A stretch of DNA of 64,000 bases from the human T2T-CHM13v2.0 reference genome, Homo sapiens: assembly GCF_009914755.1 (NCBI RefSeq), contig NC_060947.1; one strand, written 5' to 3'. Positions 54,751-64,000 of this stretch are shown here, piece by piece. Under the pieces are notes generated by a model, which had not been told where the DNA came from, made no database searches, and saw nothing but the letters and a program-made list of their open reading frames with translations. Both the position numbers and the translations under genes were made by a program. Positions within the stretch are counted from its first letter, which is position 1. Each line of letters begins with the position of its first letter.

Positions 54751-57700
54751 TGTAGTTTTCTAATTTTCTCCCATTCTGTGGGTTGTCCCTTCACTTTGTT
54801 GATTGTATCCTTTGCTGTACAGAAGATTTTTAACTTGATGTGACCCTGTTTGTCCATGTTTGCTTTGGTTGCCTGTGCTTGTAGAGTATTACTCTTTTGC
54901 CCAGACCAACGTCCTGGAGAGGACATTGCATCTTTTCTTGCAGAAGTTTCATAGTTTGAGGCCTTAAAGTTAAGTCTTTAATCCATTTTGATGTGATTTT
55001 TGTATTTTGCAAGAGATAGGAGTCCAGTTTCATTCTTCTGCATATGGATATCCAGTTTTCCAAGCGCAATTTATTGAAGAGATTGTCTTTTCCCCAGTGT
55101 ATGTTCTTGGCACCTTTATCAAAAATGTGTTTACTGTAAAGGTGTGAATTTGTTTCTGTGTTCTCCATTCTGTTTCATGTGTCTGTGTGTCTGTTGTATT
55201 GCCAGTACCAGGCTGTTCTGGTAACTGTAGCTATGTAGTATAACTTTAAGTCAGGTAATGTGATTTCCTCAATGTTGTTCCTTTTGATTAGGATAGTTTT
55301 GGCTATTCTGAGTCTTTTGTGGTTTCATATAAATTTTGGGAATTTTTTTTCTATATCTGTGAAGAATTATCTTGGTATTTTGATAGGGATAACATTGAAT
55401 CTGTGAATTGCTTTGGGTAGTAAGTACATTTTAACAATATTGATTCTTCCAGTCCGTGAACATAAAATATCTTTCCATTTCTTGGTGTACTCGTCACTTT
55501 CTTTTATTATTGTTTTATATTTCTCTATATGGAGATCTTTCACCTATTTGGTTAACTACTAGGTATTGACTTAAACAAATACTTATTGTAAGTGTGTCTA
55601 TTGTAAATGGGATTACTGTTTTATTTCTTTTTCACACTGTTCACTGTTGATATATAGAAATTCTACTGAGACTGAGTTGTGTATGCTGATTTTGTATCCT
55701 GCAACTTTACTGAACTTGTTTACATTTCTAGTAGTTTTTTGTAGAGTCTTTAAGCTTTTCCAAATATAAGATTATATCATTTGCAAAAAATGGATAATTT
55801 GAATTATTTCATATCAATTTAAATGCACTTTATTTTGTTCTCCTGTCCAATTACTCTAGTTTAGGACTTTCAGTACTATTTTGAAAGACAGTGGTGAGAG
55901 TGGGAATTCTTCTTGTGTTACAGGCCTTAGAGGAAAGGCTTTTAGTTTTCTCCATTGAGTATGAAGTGGGTCTGTCATATAATGCTTTTATTATGTTGAG
56001 GTATGTTCCTTCTATACTCAGTTTTATGAGGGTTTTCTCATGAAGGAATGTTGAATTTTATCAAATGCTTTTACAGCATGAGTTCAAATGATCATATGAT
56101 TTTTGTTCTTCATTTTGTTGTTGTGATCTATAACATTGAATGAATTGCCTATGTTGAGCCATCCTTGCATCTCAGGGATAAATTCCACTTGAACATGATG
56201 AATGCTCTTTTTAATGTGTTGTTTAACTCAGTTTGCTAGTATTTTGTTGAGGATTTTTGCATCAATATTCACTAGAGATACTAGCCTGTAGTTTTCTTTT
56301 TTTATTTGATGTGTCTTTGTCTGTTCTTTGTATCACAGTCATACTTGCCTCATAGAATGAGTTTTGAATTCTTCTCTCCTCCTCTATTTTTTAGAATAGT
56401 TTGAATAGGATTAGTTTTAGTTTTTCTTTAAATATTTGGTAAAATTCAGCAGTAAAGTCAGTAGGTCTTGAGCTTTTCTTTACTGGGAGGTTTTTTTACA
56501 TCTTTGATGTCATTACTTATTATTGGTCTGTTCCAGTTTTGAATTTCCTCCTGGTTTAATCTTGGTAGTTCATATGTATCTAGGTATTTGCCTATTCTTT
56601 CTGGATTTTTCTATTTTGGGGCATATAGTTATGCATACTAGCCGCTAATAATTGTTTGAATTTCTGCAGTTTCATTTGTCATGTCTCCTTTTCTATCTCT
56701 GATTTTATTCACTTGGATATTATCTCTTTTTCTCTTAGTCTGACTAAACATTTGGCAATTTTGTATAACTTTTCAAAAAAGAAAACTTTTTGTTTTATTG
56801 ATATTTTGTACTGTTTTCTTCATTTTAATTTCATTTATTTCTGCTTCTGGTTTTATTAATTATTTTCTTCTGCTACTTTAAGATGCGTAGATTGTTTATT
56901 TTGATGTTTTTCTTTTTTTTTTTTTATTTAAACCCTCATAAGCTATAAACATTCCTCTTAGTACTGCTTTTGCTGATTCCCATAGGTTTTGGTATGTTGT
57001 GTTTCCACTTTCACCTGTTTCAAAAAATTTATTGATTTCCTCCTTAATTTCTTTTTTAACCCACTGGTCATTCAGGAGCATATCGTTTAATTTCCATGTA
57101 TTTTTATAGTTTCCAAAATCCTCATGTTGTTCATTTGTAGTTTCATTTTATTGTGGTCAGAGAAAATGCTTCCTATTATTTCATTTTTTACCTCCCAGTA
57201 AAGAAAAGGTCTTTTTTTTTTTTTTTAGTGTTTTAAGACTTGCTGTGTAACCTAACATATAATCTCTTCTTGAGAAGTAGCCATGTGCTAGGGAGAAGAA
57301 TGTGTATTCTTCAGCCATTGGATGAAATGTTCTATAAGTATCTGTTATATCTATTTTACCTATAGTGAAGCTTAAGTCTTAAGTTTTTCTTTTCTGTCTG
57401 AATGATCTGTCCAATGCTGAAAGTGGGGTAATGAATATCCAGTTATTATTGTATTAGGGCCTAACTCTCTCTCTAGCTCTAATAATATTTGCTTTATATA
57501 CCTGGTTGCTCCAGTGCTGGGTGCATATATATTTACAATTATCATATTCTTTTGTTGAATTGATCTTTTATCACTATACAGTGACCTTTCTGTTCTCTTT
57601 TTATAGTTTTTGTCTTGAAATCCATTTTGTCTGATATCAGTATCCCTACTCCTGCCCTTTTGTTGTTTCCATTGGCATGGAATGTACTTTTTCCATTCCT

Positions 57701-58146
57701 TTATTTTCAGTCTAAGTGTGTCTTTAAAAGTGAATTTTGTTTCTTGAAGGCAACAGAACAATGGGTCTTATTTTTTCATACATTTAGCCAACAGCCAGTT
57801 GATTTCTTTTGATTTGAAAATTTAGTCCATTTACATTGAATGTTATTATTTATAAGCAAGAATTTACTCCTGCCATTTTGTTATTTGTTTTCTGGTTGTT
57901 TTGTGTTCTTCTCTTCCTTCTTTCTTTCCTCCTTGACTTCCTTTAATGAAAATGATTGTCTCTGGTGTTATAATTTAGTTCCTTGCTTTTTAATTTTTGT
58001 GTATCCATTATATATTTTTTGATTTCACGTTACCATGAGACTTCTAGATAGTATCTTATAACCAATTATTTTAAACTGATAACTACTTAAAACAGTTTGC
58101 ATAAATGAACAAACAAGCAAAATGATAATAAAAATTCTTTGCCTTA

Positions 58147-58430
58147 GGACAAAAAATCAAACACCACATGTTCTCACTCATAGGTAGGAATTGAACAATG
58201 AGAACACATGGACACAGGAAGGGGAACATCACACACCTGGGCCTGTTGTGGGGTGGGGGGAGGGGGGAGGGATAGCATTAGGAGATATACCTAATGTTAA
58301 ATGACAAGTTAATGGGTGCAGCACACCAACATGGAACATGTATACATATGTAACTAACCTGCACGTTGTGCACATGTACCCTAAAACTTAAAGTATAATA
58401 AAAAATAAATAAATAAATAAAAAGACAAAA
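58147..58430 (+). mobile_element. Short L1PA3/4-like 3' end
   Basis: L1 3'UTR + A-tail; perfect 16-bp TSD AAAATTCTTTGCCTTA. Confidence 0.93.
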
Positions 58431-58867
58431 AAAATTCTTTGCCTTAAATTCATGTCCCTGGATTTTAATTTTTTGTCATATCTATTAATGTATTTACTGT
58501 ATTGTATATGTCTTCAAAAGTTAGTGTAGCTATTATTTTTGATTGGTTAATCATTTAATTTTTCTACTTAGGATAAGAGTCGTTTATGCGCCAGCATTAC
58601 AATGTTATAATATTCTGTATTTTTCTGTGTACTTAGTATACCAGTGAGTTTTGCACATTCAGATGATTACTTATTACTCGTTAAGGCCCTGTTTTTCTGA
58701 TTAGAGTACTCCCTTAACATATCTTGTAGGAGAGGTCTAGTGTTGATAAAATCCCTCAGCTTTGGTTTGTCTTGGAGTGTCTTCGTTTCTTTTTCTTACT
58801 ATTGTAAGATAAAAGTTGTTTTTGTTTGTTTGTTTTTTCTTCAGCACTTTAAATGTGTCATGTCACC

Positions 58868-59542
<675 letters not shown>

Positions 59543-59747
59543 CCACTCTGTCCTCCCTGTAAGATTTGCACTGGATGTCTGTTGCCAGATATATTGGCGT
59601 TCCATTGTATGTTATTTGTTTATCTTATTTTACTACTTTTAGAAACTTTTCTTTATCCTTGATTTTGAGGATTTGAGGTACCTCTAAACTCTTACTTTGT
59701 GTTATCTGTCTAAATGGTCACATCTCTGTTTCTTCAGGATTGCTCCC

Positions 59748-60287
59748 TGTGATGGTTAATATTGTCAACTTGATTGGATTGAATTATGCAAAGTATTGTT
59801 CCTGAGTGTGTCTGTTAGGGTATTGCCAAAGGAAATTAACATTTGAGTCAGTGGACTGGGAGAGGCAGATCCACCCTCAATCTGGGTGGACATCATCTTA
59901 TCAGCTGTCCACATGGCTAGGATAAAAGCAGGCAGAAGAAGTTGGAACGAGCAGACTTGCTGAGCCTTCCAGACTTTATCTTTCTTCAATGCTGGATGCT
60001 TTCTGCCCTTGAACATTGAACTCCAAATGCTTTTGGACTTTTGGAATTACACCAGTGGTTTGCCATAGGCTCTTGGGCTTTTAGACACAGATTGAAGTCT
60101 GTATTGTCAGCTTCCCTACTTTTGAGATTTCTGGACTCAGACTGGCTTCCTTGCTCCTCAGCTTGTAGAAGACCCGTTGTGGGACTTCAACTTGGGATCG
60201 TGTGAGTCAATACTCCTTAGTAAACTCCCCTTCATATATACATCTATCTTATTAGTTCTGTCCCTCTAGAGAACCCTGACTGATACT
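59748..60287 (+). mobile_element. MLT2A (HERV-L) solo LTR
   Basis: TGTGATGGTTAATATT...GAACCCTGACTGATACT; TSD CTCCC/GTCCC. Confidence 0.9.
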
Positions 60288-61672
60288 GTCCCTGATGCCT
60301 TCTTTAGTTAATTTGGTAAGCTCACGTTCTCCTGAAACGTCTTGATAGTTGTAGATGTTCATCTGTGTCTGGACATTGAAGAGTTAGGTATTTATTGTAG
60401 TTGTTACTCTCTGGGCTTTTTTCTACTTGTCTTTCTTGGGAAGGCTTTCCACATATTTGAAAGGACATGGGTGATGTGCTGTAAGCTGTATTCACCTTAG
60501 GGGAACCCAAAGCCCAGTATCACTGGGGTTTTTGAAGTTTGTACAGTTAACATCTTGTTGGTCCCTTCAGGACTGTGGGCTCCACTGTGGCCCCAAGCAG
60601 GTCCATAAATGCCAACAAAGTGCCAAATTCTGGAATCAGAGACTCCAAGAGCCTGCTTAATGTTCTATCCCTATGTTGCCGAGCTGGAAACTGAAGTCAG
60701 CAAGTCTAAGAGGCCCACCCAAGGCCCTCTATATATTATGCACGTATTGCTGCTCGTTATGCAGGGCCCGAGGGCTCTTCAGTTAGCAGGTGATAAATCC
60801 TGCCACATCTGTTTTTGTTTTTCTATCAAAGAAGCAAGTTAATTTCTGACCCAGGGTGTGTCAAAAAATGTCCTCCAGGGCCTAGGTCCTGGAAAGTGTG
60901 CCTTTTGACTTTAACTGTTGCCCTATCCTCCATTACCCGAGCTGCTATCCAAAATGCAAGACCACGATGTCCCCACTCTTCCCTCTCCTCCCCTTCACGC
61001 ATAAGGTGAAGGGGTTTCTTTTGGAACCACAAGCTTTGTAGCCTTGGGTAGGGGTAGGGGTAATGTCAGCACCCCTTTAGCCACCGTGGCTAGTGTCTCA
61101 ATAGGTTGTGTTTCCCTCAAGTCTCTTGGCCCTATTCAGCACTAGTTCTCCTGTAAACATTGTGGTTCTTGTGTCCTAGACTGTGTTTCATATTTTTAGA
61201 ACCTCAGGGTATTTTAGACCTTGGTAGTGAGTCTTGCATGAACTCAAGTTCTGGCCACTGGGATTGACAATTTCCCTCTGGTTAGGGTCGATTTAAACTC
61301 TCTCTCTTTGGGCTGATGTCTGCTAGGTTTGGTCTGGTTTTCCTTTGCTGTAATAGGACAGCAATGAATTCAGTGCCTCAAAATTGCTGCACTCTCTCTC
61401 TGCCAGCACACAGTAATGCTCTCCACAGCCTCTGTTGAGGCTGAAGGAAGAGTGGTGTGGCGTCAGTGATTCAAGACTGTTGTGCCTACCTCTTCAGTAC
61501 CACCTCTTTCAGCAATATGAAGTGAAAACCAGATATTTTAAGTGCTCACCTGAGTTTTAATTCTTATGAAGGTGCTTATTTATTGTGTAGACAGTTGTTA
61601 AATTGGGTTCCTTACAGGATGGATTATCAGTGGAGCCATCTATTCCACCCTCTTACAAAACCTCCTCTGCTT

Positions 61673-64000
61673 AAAATAATAACTACAATAACATTAAGGA
61701 ATACTCACAATATAGAACGATATAAGTTATGACATTTAAAAGAACATGTGTAGGGGGTGGACATACAATGATATAATTTATTTAGGAAATGGAAATTAAG
61801 TTGCTATTAGCTTAAAATAGCCTATTACAACTCCAAAATGTTTTATGGAATTCTCATGGTAACCAGAAAGCAAAAAAAAAAAAAAAAAAAAAAGGAGATA
61901 TACAGAAGAATTAAATTAGGAATCAAAGCATACTACCAAAGAAAATCACTCAACTACAAAGAAAGACAGCAAGAGAGGAAGAAAGGAACAAATGATCTAC
62001 ATAACAACCAGAAAATGTTAACAAAATAACAGAAGTAAGTCCATACCTATCAATGAATTCATTCTCTAAACAAAATCCATAGTGTTTAAATGAATAAAAC
62101 ACTACTTAATTGTATGCTACTCATGAGAGACGCACTTCACAGTGAAGACACGTATACATTTAAAAAATGATAGAAAAGATATTTCATGCAAATGGAAATC
62201 AAGAGAACAGAGTTAGCTATACCTATATAAGACAAAATGGACATTAAGTCAAAAGCTATACAAAGTGAAAAGAAGGTAATTAAATAATGATGAAGGGGTC
62301 AATTAATCAAGAAGATTGTAAATATATATACACCCAATATCAGAGCACTTAAATATGTAAACCAAATATTAGTACATCTGAAGGGAGAGATAGGCTGCAA
62401 TATAGTAATAATAGAAGATATTGATACCCAACTTTAAACAATGGCCAGATCATCAAGACAGAAAATCAATATGGAAACATCGAACTTGAACTATTGAGTA
62501 AATGAACAAAGCAGACATACAGAACAGCCCTTCCCACAGCACTGGAATACACACTCTTCTCAAGAAAACATGAAACAGTCTCTGGGATAGATCATGTGTT
62601 AGGCCACACAACATGTCTTAACAAATTTAAGAAGACTAAAGTCATATGAAATATTTTTTCTGACCACAATGTTATGAAGCTAGAAATCAATAACCGAAGG
62701 CATTTTGGAAAATTCACATATATATGGAAATTAATACACTCCTGTACAATAAATGAGTCAAAGATGAAATTAAAACAAATTAAAAGAACACATTGAGAAA
62801 AATGAAAAGGGGAAAAGAACATACCAAAATTTAAGTGATGCAGGAGAAGTATTCCTGAGAGGGATGCTTATAGCAATAAATGCCTATGTCAGAAAAGAAG
62901 AAAGATCCCAAAAAAACTAACGTTACATCTCGAGGAACTAGAAAAGGTAAAACAAACTAAGCAAAAGTTAGTAGAAGGAAGAAAACACTAAAGGTCAGAG
63001 CAGAAATAAAGAAAATAGAGACCAGAAAAACAACAGAAAAGATCAATGGAACAGAGTTCTTTTTTTGAAAAGATACACATAACTGATAAATCTTTAGCTA
63101 GACTATGAAAGAAGAAGATGCAAGTAAATAAAATCAGAACTAAAAGAGAAAACATTACAATTGATACTACAGAAATACAAAATATTGTAATTACTATGAA
63201 TGATTATACACCAAAAAATTGTGTAACCAAGATGAAATGGACAAATTCCTGTACACATACAGCCTACCCAGACTGAATCACGATGAAATAGAAAATGTGA
63301 ATAAGCCAATAAGAAGCAAGGAGATTGAATCGGTAATAAAATGTCTCATCAAAGAAAAGCCCAGGACCTGATAGTTTCACTGCTTAATTCTACAAAAGTT
63401 TTAAAAAAGAATGAATATTCATCTTTCTCAAACACTTCCAGAAAATTGAAGAGGAGTAAACAGTTTGAAATTCATGTTACAAGGCCCGAAATACCCCAAG
63501 ACTAAAGCCAGAAAACAACACTACAAAAAAGAAAATTATAGGCCAATTTTTGTGATGTTAATAGATCCAAAAATTCTCAACAAAATACCTAGCTACCAAA
63601 TTCAACAGTACATTAAAAAGTTCATTACTATGATTGAGATTTATCAAAGGGATGCAGGGATGGTTGAACATATATAAATCAATAAATATAATACAGCAGT
63701 ATAACAAAATGAAATATAATCTGCATCTCAATAAATGCAGAAAGAGCATGTTATAAAATTTAATATTCATTCATGGTTAAAAAAGAACTCTCAACAAATT
63801 ATGTATAGGATAAATATACCTCAAAGCTGAAGAGCTTCTGCACAACAGGGGAACTAATTTACAGAGTGAAGAGACAACATATGGATTGGGAAAAATATTT
63901 GCAAACCATACGTCTGATAAAAGGTTAATATACAAACTACAAAGGGAACTAAAATTAGTAGCAAGAAAATTAATAGCCTGATTAAAATATGAACAAAGGA
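61673..64000 (+). mobile_element. L1M inter-ORF region + ORF2 (right half of the element starting ~50890)
   Basis: endonuclease/RT remnants (catgcaaatggaaatc, aaagcccaggacctgatagtttcactgc, ORF 63465-63677 ENYRPI..IDPKILNKI); jumps to a later ORF2 segment near 63820. Confidence 0.85.

Overview
Primate (human-like) non-coding genomic DNA, AT-rich and dominated by interspersed repeats: Alu J/S/Y, L1 of many ages, L2/MIR, ERV1/ERVL/MaLR solo LTRs and hAT/Tigger DNA-transposon fossils. I find no protein-coding gene that I can support. The ORF track reflects L1 ORF2 remnants, Alu antisense frames, low-complexity AT repeats and chance. Repeat subfamily names come from my recall of consensus sequences and need RepeatMasker/Dfam confirmation. 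Most notable: (1) an MLT2A solo LTR flanked exactly by a ~414-bp direct duplication instead of a 5-bp TSD (32755-34108); (2) a ~6-kb AT-rich compound minisatellite with drifting units sitting inside a MER58 element (6160-12370); (3) a ~270-bp polyadenylated non-L1 insert inside an old L1 (~15790-16060); (4) a readable hAT-Tip100 transposase fossil (~44100-45480); (5) a near-perfect 99-bp tandem duplication in a MER4A LTR; (6) three twin-primed L1s and a deeply nested near-full-length L1MA. I see no convincing novel gene system; the surprises are structural and evolutionary.
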